Shown here: piece by piece, positions 41,031 to 50,303 of the stretch
How positions within the stretch are numbered: the first letter of the stretch is position 1
Layout of the letters: every line of letters begins with the position of its first letter
NCBI GenBank assembly: GCA_045122195.1
Contig: JBGVHH010000098.1
Coordinates: 25,820-89,819, forward strand
Origin: Agathobacter sp.
Lineage (GTDB): Bacteria > Bacillota > Clostridia > Lachnospirales > Lachnospiraceae
Direction of reading: 5' to 3'
Length of the DNA: 64,000 bases
The notes under the pieces: model-generated
The model's database searches: none
Seen by the model: the letters and a program-made list of their open reading frames with translations, nothing else
Told to the model about the DNA's origin: nothing
Program-made: the position numbers and the translations under genes

Positions 41031-41810
41031 TTATTCAAATTTCTTTTTCTGCTGGTGTGAAACCATCCTTATACAAATTTTTTGCGGAAGAAACCTGGAA
41101 AAAAGGGAAACCGCCTTTATTGACAAAGTTGGAATTATAACAATCTTTTTCTTTTTCATTTTATCAATTGCATAATTTGCGCAGTAGCTTGCAGATATAC
41201 CTTTTAGAGAAAACTTCACATCTGCCACATCATCAAACTCAGTATCTACAGGACCAGGACACAGGCATCCCACATATACCTTACTCTGTTTCTGTCTCAG
41301 TTCCTCTGCAATGCCTCTTGTAAGACTGGTAACATACGATTTTGTAGCATAGTACGTTGACATATAAGGACCAGCTGAAATCAATCCAGCTGAACTAGCA
41401 ACGTTTAATATATATCCATAATCCCTACGATTCATCATAGCCAGAACTTCTTTGGTAAGATAATGAACAGCTTTAACATTTACATCTATCATAGACAATT
41501 CTTTTTCATTATCAGTCTCTAAAAAGCTACCACAGATTCCAAAGCCTGCGTTATTGATAAAAATTGCAATCCTTTTGTCTGAAATAAATTCCACTAATTT
41601 CCTACACTGGGATAAATCAGACAAATCCGCTGAAAAAACAATTGTTTTTGTACCAATAACATCTAACTCTTTTGCTAATGCCTCTAGTCTTTCTTTTCTT
41701 CTGGCAACTAATATTATATTAAAGCCCTCAGCTGATAATCTTCTGGCAAATTCAACTCCCAGCCCAGAGCTTGCACCTGTAATTACAGCATATGATTTTC
41801 TCTTCTCCAT
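41031..41810 (-). CDS. Short-chain dehydrogenase/reductase (SDR)
   Basis: TGASSGLG, NNAG, VASS, YYATK (YxxxK), CPGPV.T. Confidence 0.93.
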   Translation of the reverse strand: MEKRKSYAVITGASSGLGVEFARRLSAEGFNIILVARRKERLEALAKELDVIGTKTIVFSADLSDLSQCRKLVEFISDKRIAIFINNAGFGICGSFLETDNEKELSMIDVNVKAVHYLTKEVLAMMNRRDYGYILNVASSAGLISAGPYMSTYYATKSYVTSLTRGIAEELRQKQSKVYVGCLCPGPVDTEFDDVADVKFSLKGISASYCANYAIDKMKKKKIVIIPTLSIKAVSLFSRFLPQKICIRMVSHQQKKKFE

Positions 41811-41830
41811 AAAAACCAACCTTTACATTG

Positions 41831-44176
41831 CTATTCAATTTCCTGCTCCATAAAATACATTCTTGAACAAAAATCTTGAAAATATCTCGTATTCTCATCG
41901 TATCCTGTTGAAGAAAAGGCCTGCTTTAATTTTACTCCAGCCATAAGAACAGAACCTGAAGCGGAATAATTTTCTTTCTCACCTGGCATAGACACAAATT
42001 TTGCAACAATATTGTGAAGCAGAGAATCCTGTTTTATGTGAATTGGAGAAGCAGTATTAACCAAATCTCCAAATTCCTTCACATTATATTTCAAATCCCT
42101 ATTAGAGAATGAATATCGTTTCTTTTTATCAAGGCCCTTGGCAAAATACTGTTCAAACTGAGTATTTGGAGAAACTAATTCCTGCATAATCATTCCAACA
42201 GCTCTTGTCTTATCGGAACTTACGCATGTACACTCATGTATATTGTCATTTCTGCCTCTGTAAAAATCGCCAAATAACAGCACATCTCTCCAACGCTTAT
42301 ATATCTCTATCTGCTCCTTAATTTCCTCCAAATCATCCTTTGACATATCACATAGATTACACTCATAGCCACATACGCCAAAAGCTGATACATTAAATCG
42401 AGTAATTAGCGGTGTCGTCCTAAGTGTTTGATGATTAGGACAAGCAGATACATGTGCTGAAACAGTGGACATTGGATAACCATAACTATATCCTGTCATA
42501 CCATTTACACGATAAACTGCATCCGTATCATCACTAGCCCAGATTTGTGGGAAATATGATAGAATTCCTAAATCAAATCTGTTCCCCCCTGAAGCACACC
42601 CTTCAAATAATATTTCCGGGAACTGCTTTGTAAGAGAATCCATCATTTTATACAGTCCCATAACATATCTGTGTGCAGTCTCACACTGTCTGTCCGATGG
42701 CAGATATGGTGAATAATAATCTGAGATAATTCTGTTCATATCCCATTTCACATATGAAATATTAGCACTGCTAAATATCTGGGCCATAGCATTGGTCATG
42801 TATTCAACAACCTCAGGATTTGCCAAATCCAACATTCTCTGATTTCTGCCTTCTGTATGAGGTTTTCCAGGTATTGCCATTGCCCATTCCGGATGAGCTC
42901 TGTATAGTTCAGAATTCACATTTACCATCTCTGGTTCAACCCAGATTCCAAAATCCAAGCCAAGATTATTTATTTTTTTGCATAATCCATCAATACCACT
43001 TGGAATTTTCTTTTTGTTTACAAACCAGTCTCCAAGGGACTGTTTGTCATCATCCCTTGTTCCAAACCAGCCGTCATCCATTACAAAAAGCTCTATTCCA
43101 ACATCTTTTGCAGCCTTAGCAAGTTTAAGTAATTTACTCTCATTGATGTCAAAGTACGCAGCCTCCCAACTATTTAACAATACTGGTCTGATTTTATTTT
43201 TCCATGATCCACGAACAATACATTCCTTCACAAAATGATGCATATTCTGACTCATTCCATTAAAGCCTTTATCAGATACAGTCATAACAGCTTCAGGCGC
43301 CTCAAAAGTTTCATTTGAGTCTAGCATAAAACCAAATGACTGTGGATTGATTCCAGCTACAAATCTCATTTTTCCATAGGAATTAACCTCACATGCTTCA
43401 TAATGATTACCACTATAGACAAGATTTATTCCATAACATAAACCGCAATCCTCTGTTGTGGTAGCTTTTGAAAGCGTTACAAATGGATTTGCTCTATTGG
43501 ATGACGTACCTGTATAAGAAGAATTTGCATGTTTTCCAGCAATGACAGGAATATCATTTCTATTCATCTCATTGGCCCATGCACCATTAAATGTGGTAAA
43601 TACATAGTCATTTGTCTCAAAATCCAACTGAGTACTCATGAGCCTTTTTAACTTTATAGTTTTCTCACTTGTATTAACTAGCTTTGAGCTTCTAACAATT
43701 ACATCTCTTCCTTCAAAGACACTATAATGAAGTTCTAAAATCAGACCATAACTGTTATCCTTTAGAAATACCGTTAGTTCGTCCACCTTCATATTCTCAT
43801 CATAAGAAGATGGTAACGTCAAAAGAGCCTGCTTTCCTGATTTGATTTCTGCTGAATGAAAAATAAAATCATCTGTCATTCCACCATCAGCATGAACAAT
43901 CTCAATGAAAGGCTCCCTGATATCTCCCTTTCCATAAGATGACATTTCAAGCCTCATGTCCTCTAATGAATACTGTGGATGGTCCTGATCATAAATATTC
44001 GTATTTCCCGGTGCAAATGCATGCTTTTCAACCAAAACCTCTGCATCTTCTTCCCTGTCAATAAATATTTTCGTACCATAGTACAAATGCTCAGGTTGCC
44101 CTGTTGGAAGAATCTTAAATACATATGTAGTATTCTCAGTATCTAATACAAAAACCTTACCCAACTGTCTAATCAT
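41831..44176 (-). CDS. Alpha-galactosidase (GH36)
   Basis: LNSWEA.YF, FVMDDGWF, FGIWVEPEM, YVKWDMNR, EGCASGG.RFD, WASDDTDA. Start MIRQL after GGAG. Confidence 0.95.
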   Translation of the reverse strand: MIRQLGKVFVLDTENTTYVFKILPTGQPEHLYYGTKIFIDREEDAEVLVEKHAFAPGNTNIYDQDHPQYSLEDMRLEMSSYGKGDIREPFIEIVHADGGMTDDFIFHSAEIKSGKQALLTLPSSYDENMKVDELTVFLKDNSYGLILELHYSVFEGRDVIVRSSKLVNTSEKTIKLKRLMSTQLDFETNDYVFTTFNGAWANEMNRNDIPVIAGKHANSSYTGTSSNRANPFVTLSKATTTEDCGLCYGINLVYSGNHYEACEVNSYGKMRFVAGINPQSFGFMLDSNETFEAPEAVMTVSDKGFNGMSQNMHHFVKECIVRGSWKNKIRPVLLNSWEAAYFDINESKLLKLAKAAKDVGIELFVMDDGWFGTRDDDKQSLGDWFVNKKKIPSGIDGLCKKINNLGLDFGIWVEPEMVNVNSELYRAHPEWAMAIPGKPHTEGRNQRMLDLANPEVVEYMTNAMAQIFSSANISYVKWDMNRIISDYYSPYLPSDRQCETAHRYVMGLYKMMDSLTKQFPEILFEGCASGGNRFDLGILSYFPQIWASDDTDAVYRVNGMTGYSYGYPMSTVSAHVSACPNHQTLRTTPLITRFNVSAFGVCGYECNLCDMSKDDLEEIKEQIEIYKRWRDVLLFGDFYRGRNDNIHECTCVSSDKTRAVGMIMQELVSPNTQFEQYFAKGLDKKKRYSFSNRDLKYNVKEFGDLVNTASPIHIKQDSLLHNIVAKFVSMPGEKENYSASGSVLMAGVKLKQAFSSTGYDENTRYFQDFCSRMYFMEQEIE

Positions 44177-44191
44177 ATCATTCTCCAAAAA

Positions 44192-45559
44192 CTATTGATT
44201 TTTTTCTAATTCATTTTTAATTTTATCCATCTTACTCTCATCAAGAATATATTTTTTTGCAAAAAACAATAACCCCAGAATTAATAAAATAGCAGACGGA
44301 ATTGTCATCCAAAGTCTAAGCTGTTCCAATGTTGCTGTAGATTGAACCTCAACCTCAGTGTTAAAATTAATGAAATCAAGAATTATTCCGGCTGTAAATA
44401 TTGCAAATCCAGCTGAAAGCTTTACTGTAAATGTCTGTATAGAAAAAATTACAGACTCCTCTCTTGTTCCATTTTTAAACTGTCCATAATCTACTGTATC
44501 AGAAAGAAATATTGTAAGAATTACATTCAACAATCCATATCCCAAATATATTATTGCGCCTGGAATACACAAGATCGGCCATACTTTAGGAGAATATATT
44601 TTTGTAAAAAACATAATAAGAATTAATACATATCCCAAAATCTGAATAGTAAATCCCGCAATAAAAAGTTTTCTCTTAGAAAAAATCATTCTAAGGAAAG
44701 GCGTACAAATCATTATAATAACCTGTGCAACAAATGCAACAGCTGCAAAAATAGAATATGCCACTTCACTTCCAACATCAAACTGGAAAAAATAGAGAAT
44801 AAAATTTCCGCAAAGATTTATTGATGTGTATACAAAAATAATTGAAATAGCTACTACCAACGCCTGATCATTTGAAAACAATGATTTTATCATATCTCGA
44901 ATTTTAGTTGAAGGAGTATCAGCCTCTATTGTCTTTTCTGGGACAACAAGTACAAATACAGTTTCAGATATCAGAAAAATGACTGCAACAATTAAAGCCC
45001 ACCATTTAAATCCAATTCTAAAATCAGCAATAACCGTACTGGAGCTTAACAATGGAACCAAAGTCATTGTAAGAACAGTTGGCAATGCAGCACCTATACC
45101 AGAACAAGTTCTTGCTGTAGCAGATAAAACTTCTCTGTCTTTTCCAGGTTTTGTAATTGCAGGAATCATAGACCAAAATGGAATATCCATAAGAGTATAT
45201 GTAATTCCCCACGCTAAATAAAAGACTACTAACCATACCTTCCGAGATGAGGCTGATATTGATTCAGGTGTCGCATACAACGCATATATTGTAAATGCAT
45301 TTAATACCGTTCCCGCAAATATCCAAGGTCTGAATTTACCCCATTTTGTTTTTGTCTTTGCAACAATAATGCCCATAAACGGATCATTGAAAGCATCAAA
45401 CACTCTGGCAATCATCATAACTGTACCAATAAATACACTACTCATACCCAATACAATGTTATAGTAATACATCAGGTATGATGCTATAAGCATATATACC
45501 ATGTCTTTTCCGAATGCACCGAATCCAAACGCTGCCATATGTTTAATCTTTAACTTCAT
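44192..45559 (-). CDS. MelB-like glycoside-pentoside-hexuronide:cation symporter
   Basis: GAFGKD, ARVFDAFNDP, TKWGKFRPW, DIPFWS, DTVDYG....G.R.ES.IFS.QT. Confidence 0.92.
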   Translation of the reverse strand: MKLKIKHMAAFGFGAFGKDMVYMLIASYLMYYYNIVLGMSSVFIGTVMMIARVFDAFNDPFMGIIVAKTKTKWGKFRPWIFAGTVLNAFTIYALYATPESISASSRKVWLVVFYLAWGITYTLMDIPFWSMIPAITKPGKDREVLSATARTCSGIGAALPTVLTMTLVPLLSSSTVIADFRIGFKWWALIVAVIFLISETVFVLVVPEKTIEADTPSTKIRDMIKSLFSNDQALVVAISIIFVYTSINLCGNFILYFFQFDVGSEVAYSIFAAVAFVAQVIIMICTPFLRMIFSKRKLFIAGFTIQILGYVLILIMFFTKIYSPKVWPILCIPGAIIYLGYGLLNVILTIFLSDTVDYGQFKNGTREESVIFSIQTFTVKLSAGFAIFTAGIILDFINFNTEVEVQSTATLEQLRLWMTIPSAILLILGLLFFAKKYILDESKMDKIKNELEKNQ

Positions 45560-45579
45560 TACCTTTTCCTCCAGTATTC

Positions 45580-46143
45580 TTATTTTACTGCAATGCCATT
45601 GATAAAGATTTCAACCATTTCCTCTAAAGCATCATTGTACGAAACCCCATTTGCTACAAGAATATCCCGTTGGAAAAAATGTTCAATAGTTGCTTCCATC
45701 ATTGATTTAACAATAATAGGTTTAATTGGTCTTATTGTCCCCTCTGCAATTCCTTTTTCAATAAGTAATAATATTCCTTCCCAGCCATTTTCAAGACGTT
45801 CCTGAACTTTAAAATATGTCTTAGGATATTTATCCTTCAGTAAATACAATTTAGAGATATCTATTTCCTTATATTCCTCTGGTAATACACATAGAACCTT
45901 TCTAAGTTTTTCTACTGTCGACAATGAATCATCATGCAGAACTGCATCTTTATCGTCTGCTATTTTCCCAAAGCAGTAATCAACCATACTGAAAAAAAGA
46001 GATTCCTTATCTCTAAAAACTGTATAAATTGTTTTTTTACTCATTGATAATTCTGAAGCAATATCATCCATTGTAAATTTAAGCCCTTTTTTATTGAACA
46101 CACTAATTGTGGCTTCCAATATTCTTTCTTTGTTGTCCATCAT
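45580..46143 (-). CDS. TetR/AcrR family transcriptional regulator
   Basis: ILEA...F..KG..FTMDDIA.EL.MSKKTIY..F.DKE.L HTH. Confidence 0.93.
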   Translation of the reverse strand: MMDNKERILEATISVFNKKGLKFTMDDIASELSMSKKTIYTVFRDKESLFFSMVDYCFGKIADDKDAVLHDDSLSTVEKLRKVLCVLPEEYKEIDISKLYLLKDKYPKTYFKVQERLENGWEGILLLIEKGIAEGTIRPIKPIIVKSMMEATIEHFFQRDILVANGVSYNDALEEMVEIFINGIAVK

Positions 46144-46155
46144 TTTATCCTTTCG

Positions 46156-46602
46156 TTACTCCTCTATTACAAGCTCCCTCTCATCAATATCTAATTTCAC
46201 AAGATCATTTTTCTGTTTAAACATATCAAGAAGCATAACCCAAAGTGAATGCACTTCATATGTAAGCATATTGTCAGCTTCAACTGTATATGGCAAAAGT
46301 GTAGCTAAATCAAAATAACGAATTCCTAGCGGTGGAAGAAAAATAAGATTTGTACTTTGCTTTTTATCACCACAACTATGAATCATCTCATATGAAATAA
46401 GCAGAAATTCCTCTCCCTGATACTCACACTTATATGAAACATAAATCTCATCAACAGTCCACTCTTCATTATTTTCAGTAATAATCTGCTTTTTATCATT
46501 ATATTCTGTAGTAGAAACATTAACCTCCCATTTGATTTTCCCCTGAGAAGTTGCCTTCATTAAATCAGACAGTTTTTTGTTTAGCATCTGTTGTTTACCC
46601 AT
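46156..46602 (-). CDS. Hypothetical protein
   Basis: 148-aa ORF with SD AGGAG, packed 10-12 nt from both neighbours. No motif recognised. Confidence 0.75.
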   Translation of the reverse strand: MGKQQMLNKKLSDLMKATSQGKIKWEVNVSTTEYNDKKQIITENNEEWTVDEIYVSYKCEYQGEEFLLISYEMIHSCGDKKQSTNLIFLPPLGIRYFDLATLLPYTVEADNMLTYEVHSLWVMLLDMFKQKNDLVKLDIDERELVIEE

Positions 46603-46612
46603 TATTTCTCCT

Positions 46613-47926
46613 TTAGTATTTATGTTCGTCGATTTTTACCCCATGTACAACAAATCTATATGCATCTCCACTTGTCGAGCATGTAGAAAGTGTAACTATC
46701 TTATCATCCTTCGTTGGTACTATTCCAGTATCCTTCATGGAGTCGGCTGCCATTTGTGCAACAAACTCCCCAAATTTATCATCAGCTGAAAAACCAACTG
46801 TATATTCACTACTTGATTCATCTATAGTCTCATAGGAAAAAATCTGATATCTATAGACTGCTCCATCAACAAAAACCTGAAAATACTGATGGTCTTTATA
46901 ATACTCATCATCTCTGTTATAATACTTTAGCTTTCCGAACATAGAAAGATTTTTCATATTATGTCCATAAATAATAGAGTGATAATCATTAAAATCCGGA
47001 TTATTTTCTCCCTCTAAGAAAATTGAACCTGCAGTAGCACTGCTACCATCAAAAGTTCGTCTCAAATAATATGTATCATCTCCTGAATACATAATTGGAT
47101 AACTAATATTTTCATTTTCAAAATAAATCCATCCCACAACATCTTTATTTTTGTTCTTTAGTTCAGTAAAATCAACTGTTAACTGTTCATACCAAGGTGT
47201 CTCAGGCTTGATTTCTTCCGCTTCAACTACACATTCTTCCTGTATTTCCTCGTACAAATCATCTGATGCCTTGTAATCTGAAAAAATCATAAAAAGATTA
47301 TATCCCGAAAAAACAACCAGCGCCAAACCGATTATAACTAATGCATCTGAGCCAAAGCCTCTACCTCTTTTTGGCTTTTTCTTTGAATCATCTGAATCAT
47401 CAGAAATATCTTCATTCTCATATTCAGAAAGTTGTTTCTTATATTTTCGCTCTATTAATATATTGCTATATACCCAACAAACAATAATTAGAAAGAGCAT
47501 TACTGCGGCAACAATTTTACCCCATATGCTATTGATAAACTTACTTAATGATGCACCATTTTTTATGCAGAATACTTCTTTTCCAATTAATTTATCATAA
47601 CTTACTGTCTTTTCATCCTGTTTACTATTAGCGTCACCCTTTGTGACAAAAGCCTTATTTTCCTCGTCAATCTCTATTACTCTGTGAGTAACAATATTTT
47701 TGTCATTACCTTCCTCGTAAAAAGAAATAACATCATCTTCAAAGATTTCCGCCGCATCAACTTTATCAACAAAAATCAAGCTTCCACTAGGTATTTCCGG
47801 TTTCATGCTTTCTGATTTTATTTCAAGCATTTCATATCCCATTAATTTAGGAATCATAAACGGAACACATAGTGCAAACAATGCAATCAATAATAATAAT
47901 CCTATACTTTTTAATATTTTTTCCAT
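46613..47926 (-). CDS. Fusion of SipW-type signal peptidase I and class B sortase
   Basis: N-half: KSESMKP, VTHRV, TKGDAN (SipW/S26B). C-half: N.DVVGWI, YPI, YYLRR..DG, GSIF, IYGHNM...SMFG.L, TLSTC, RFVVHG (SrtB). Three TM helices. Start MEKILK after GGGGG. Confidence 0.9.
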   Translation of the reverse strand: MEKILKSIGLLLLIALFALCVPFMIPKLMGYEMLEIKSESMKPEIPSGSLIFVDKVDAAEIFEDDVISFYEEGNDKNIVTHRVIEIDEENKAFVTKGDANSKQDEKTVSYDKLIGKEVFCIKNGASLSKFINSIWGKIVAAVMLFLIIVCWVYSNILIERKYKKQLSEYENEDISDDSDDSKKKPKRGRGFGSDALVIIGLALVVFSGYNLFMIFSDYKASDDLYEEIQEECVVEAEEIKPETPWYEQLTVDFTELKNKNKDVVGWIYFENENISYPIMYSGDDTYYLRRTFDGSSATAGSIFLEGENNPDFNDYHSIIYGHNMKNLSMFGKLKYYNRDDEYYKDHQYFQVFVDGAVYRYQIFSYETIDESSSEYTVGFSADDKFGEFVAQMAADSMKDTGIVPTKDDKIVTLSTCSTSGDAYRFVVHGVKIDEHKY

Positions 47927-47956
47927 ATTATCCCCCGCCAGTAAATTTATAGTACA

Positions 47957-47967
47957 ATTATACCACA
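47957..47967 (-). promoter_or_regulatory. Extended -10 promoter for the sipW-srtB fusion
   Basis: Minus strand TGTGGTATAAT about 30 nt before the start. No well-spaced -35. Confidence 0.55.
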
Positions 47968-47984
47968 AACTGTCAAAATTTACT

Positions 47985-48017
47985 AAAAAAACAGTACAGA
48001 ATTCCTGTACTGTTTTT
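47985..48017 (-). terminator. Intrinsic terminator after standalone sipW
   Basis: AAAAACAGTACAG-aattc-CTGTACTGTTTTT, with T runs on both strands. Confidence 0.8.
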
Positions 48018-48528
48018 ATGAATCTTTCTTCTTATCTGATGACCACAGATAGTCTCCCCAAAATAGTAAAATCGTTACAAACACAATACATATTATATAT
48101 ATTATTTTCCCTGAAGTATGACTTAATTTATCTGCAAGATAGCCAAGATTTGGAATACTAAATAATGGTGTTCCCAAAATGTCCCCCTTTGAAACAGGAT
48201 TAATATCCCTCACCAGATTCGCGTCTCCCTGGGTATAATAAATCATTTGTGTGTAGTCAATTTCCACCACCCTGTGTGTAACAAGAATTTGCTTTTCCTT
48301 ATCACTATAAAAGGTAATTGTATCACCAACTTCAATATCAGAAGTATCTTTATCTACGTACAACAAAGCTCCCACATGATAAGTAGGCTCCATACTCCCA
48401 CTAAGGACAATCATAGGTTCAATTCCGAAAAACTTTGGAACAAACATTACTGCTAATAACAGAACCATTATTACAAGAATTATTGTTGTTACTATATTCC
48501 AAATCTTATTAATCAGCCTTCTTCTCAT
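48016..48528 (-). CDS. sipW: Signal peptidase I, SipW (S26B) type
   Basis: VLSGSMEP, VGD.ITF, VTHRV, TQGDAN, IPNLGY. N- and C-terminal TM helices. Confidence 0.9.
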   Translation of the reverse strand: MRRRLINKIWNIVTTIILVIMVLLLAVMFVPKFFGIEPMIVLSGSMEPTYHVGALLYVDKDTSDIEVGDTITFYSDKEKQILVTHRVVEIDYTQMIYYTQGDANLVRDINPVSKGDILGTPLFSIPNLGYLADKLSHTSGKIIYIICIVFVTILLFWGDYLWSSDKKKDS

Positions 48529-48531
48529 CTA

Positions 48532-49758
48532 TTACTCGCCTTCATCCATTGAATCACTCTCTTCAACAATACTTCCACGTTGGGAAAGAGCCTCTATATT
48601 GGTTTCTATTTTAACTTTTTTCTGTGCCGGATAATCTCTGTAAAATGTCGAAATAATTCTATCAGCAACAACAGATGCCAATTCACTTGTACAGGTTGGC
48701 AACAGAATAATATACTGTGTATCACTATATTTTGCTGCCACGTCTCCAAGTCTCAGGCATTTCATTAAGGTCATCTTTAATGACTCCATAGCTCGCTTAA
48801 CAAAATACTCATGTGCCTCAGAAGAATCAATCTTTTTAGTAATTATTGTAAGCAGCAAAAGATTCTCTGGAATATTATTTCTACTGCACTTTCTTACTTC
48901 AAGCTGATATATTTTTCTAAAGATTGGATATCCACAAAAAAACACTCCCTCCTGAGATTCCTCCGTAATATCCTTTTTCACATCTGACATTTTGTATGAA
49001 TCTTGACCTTTTGTCATAGTAATTAATTCTTCATACACTTTATTTAGTATATTTGTCTGTCTGATACCAATTTCTTTTTCGATTATTTCGCGTGCATTCT
49101 GATAAGAATCAAATGCATGTGTTACCTGCCCCATTCTCATATGAGCTTCGATCTGATAACAAAATAATTGTTCATCAGCATTTTCATATCTAAGAGCAGA
49201 TGTAACTAAGGCTTCTAACTTATTATATTTTTTTACTTTCTTGTACAACTCAGCTAGAGCTTTGACTGCGGATAAATACATTGAATGATAATATGTATTA
49301 AGAGTAGTTACCCAATGTATATCTGTAAAATTAGCCAAAAATTCTCCTTTATATACATCAATGGCACTTTCATATTTCTCAATCGCGATTTCAATATTAT
49401 TTTCTAAATTCGCTTCAGAAATAAAATTTTTGAACTCGTCAACATCAAGTACTATTTCTATCTCAGGATTTATAGCATAAGAACCTCTGCTTGTAATAAT
49501 CAAATCAAGTCCCGGGTATGCCTCCTTTAGAGTTTTTCTAAGTCTGTATGCAAGATTTTTTAATGCTCCTGCTGAATTTTCAAGTTCAGCATCATCCCAT
49601 AATGCTCTTGATATTTCATCATTACTAATAGATTTTTCTCTATGAAGAATCAAAAACATTAATAGCTTTATTAACATATGAGATCTTAAATTACTTTCGT
49701 TTATTACTGATACGCCGTCAGAAATTTGAAATCTCCCCAATGAGTTGACCTTAATCAT
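48532..49758 (-). CDS. SARP/BTAD-type transcriptional regulator with C-terminal degenerate GGDEF-like domain
   Basis: LG.F, LL.FL..HR, LW......AL.NL.YRLRK (OmpR-like wHTH). D...F, AI..Y.G.FL and E...(C/R) (BTAD). C-terminal LRLGDVAAKYSDTQYIILLP. Start MIKVN after GGGAGG. Confidence 0.85.
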   Translation of the reverse strand: MIKVNSLGRFQISDGVSVINESNLRSHMLIKLLMFLILHREKSISNDEISRALWDDAELENSAGALKNLAYRLRKTLKEAYPGLDLIITSRGSYAINPEIEIVLDVDEFKNFISEANLENNIEIAIEKYESAIDVYKGEFLANFTDIHWVTTLNTYYHSMYLSAVKALAELYKKVKKYNKLEALVTSALRYENADEQLFCYQIEAHMRMGQVTHAFDSYQNAREIIEKEIGIRQTNILNKVYEELITMTKGQDSYKMSDVKKDITEESQEGVFFCGYPIFRKIYQLEVRKCSRNNIPENLLLLTIITKKIDSSEAHEYFVKRAMESLKMTLMKCLRLGDVAAKYSDTQYIILLPTCTSELASVVADRIISTFYRDYPAQKKVKIETNIEALSQRGSIVEESDSMDEGE

Positions 49759-49787
49759 ATTTTCCTCCCATACCAATTATACATCAA

Positions 49788-50291
49788 CTAAAATTTTCGC
49801 AAGCTATCACTACCATCATCCACAGTATTTTCTATTCGCCTGATTTCAACAAAATATGAGTATTCATCATTTACTTTTACCTCACATCTGTCACCTACTT
49901 TTTTACCAAAAATAGCTGCTCCTAATGGTGATTCCTTACTAATGAGATTCTTTAACGAATTTCCCCTTACAGTAGTAACAATCTTATATGTTTCTATCTC
50001 ATCCTCGTCTTCAAAATAAACATCTACAGTATTAAACATTCCTACTTCATCCTGTTTGGATTCGTCAGAAATAATTACAGCAGTCTTTATCATCTTCTCC
50101 AGATATCTAATTCTACTCTCATTTTGATTCTTAAACTGCTTTGCAGCTTTATATTCAAAATTTTCGCTCAAATCTCCCTGTGCTCTTGCCACTTTCACAT
50201 CTTCTAATGCCTGCTTTCTGACTACAAGCTTACGATATTCTATCTCCTCTTCCATTTTTTTAATATCATTTATTGTTAACTCGTCGTGCAT
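49788..50291 (-). CDS. greA: Transcription elongation factor GreA
   Basis: ARAQGDLSENFEY.AAK, RIRYLE, IS.ESPLGAA..GKKVGD. Start MHDELT after GGAGG. Confidence 0.92.
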   Translation of the reverse strand: MHDELTINDIKKMEEEIEYRKLVVRKQALEDVKVARAQGDLSENFEYKAAKQFKNQNESRIRYLEKMIKTAVIISDESKQDEVGMFNTVDVYFEDEDEIETYKIVTTVRGNSLKNLISKESPLGAAIFGKKVGDRCEVKVNDEYSYFVEIRRIENTVDDGSDSLRKF

Positions 50292-50303
50292 TTCTTCCTC
50301 CAA

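Noticed and set aside
47971-47976. TTGACA as the -35 of the sipW-srtB promoter
   Set aside because: Only 8 nt from TATAAT, so the spacing is incompatible.
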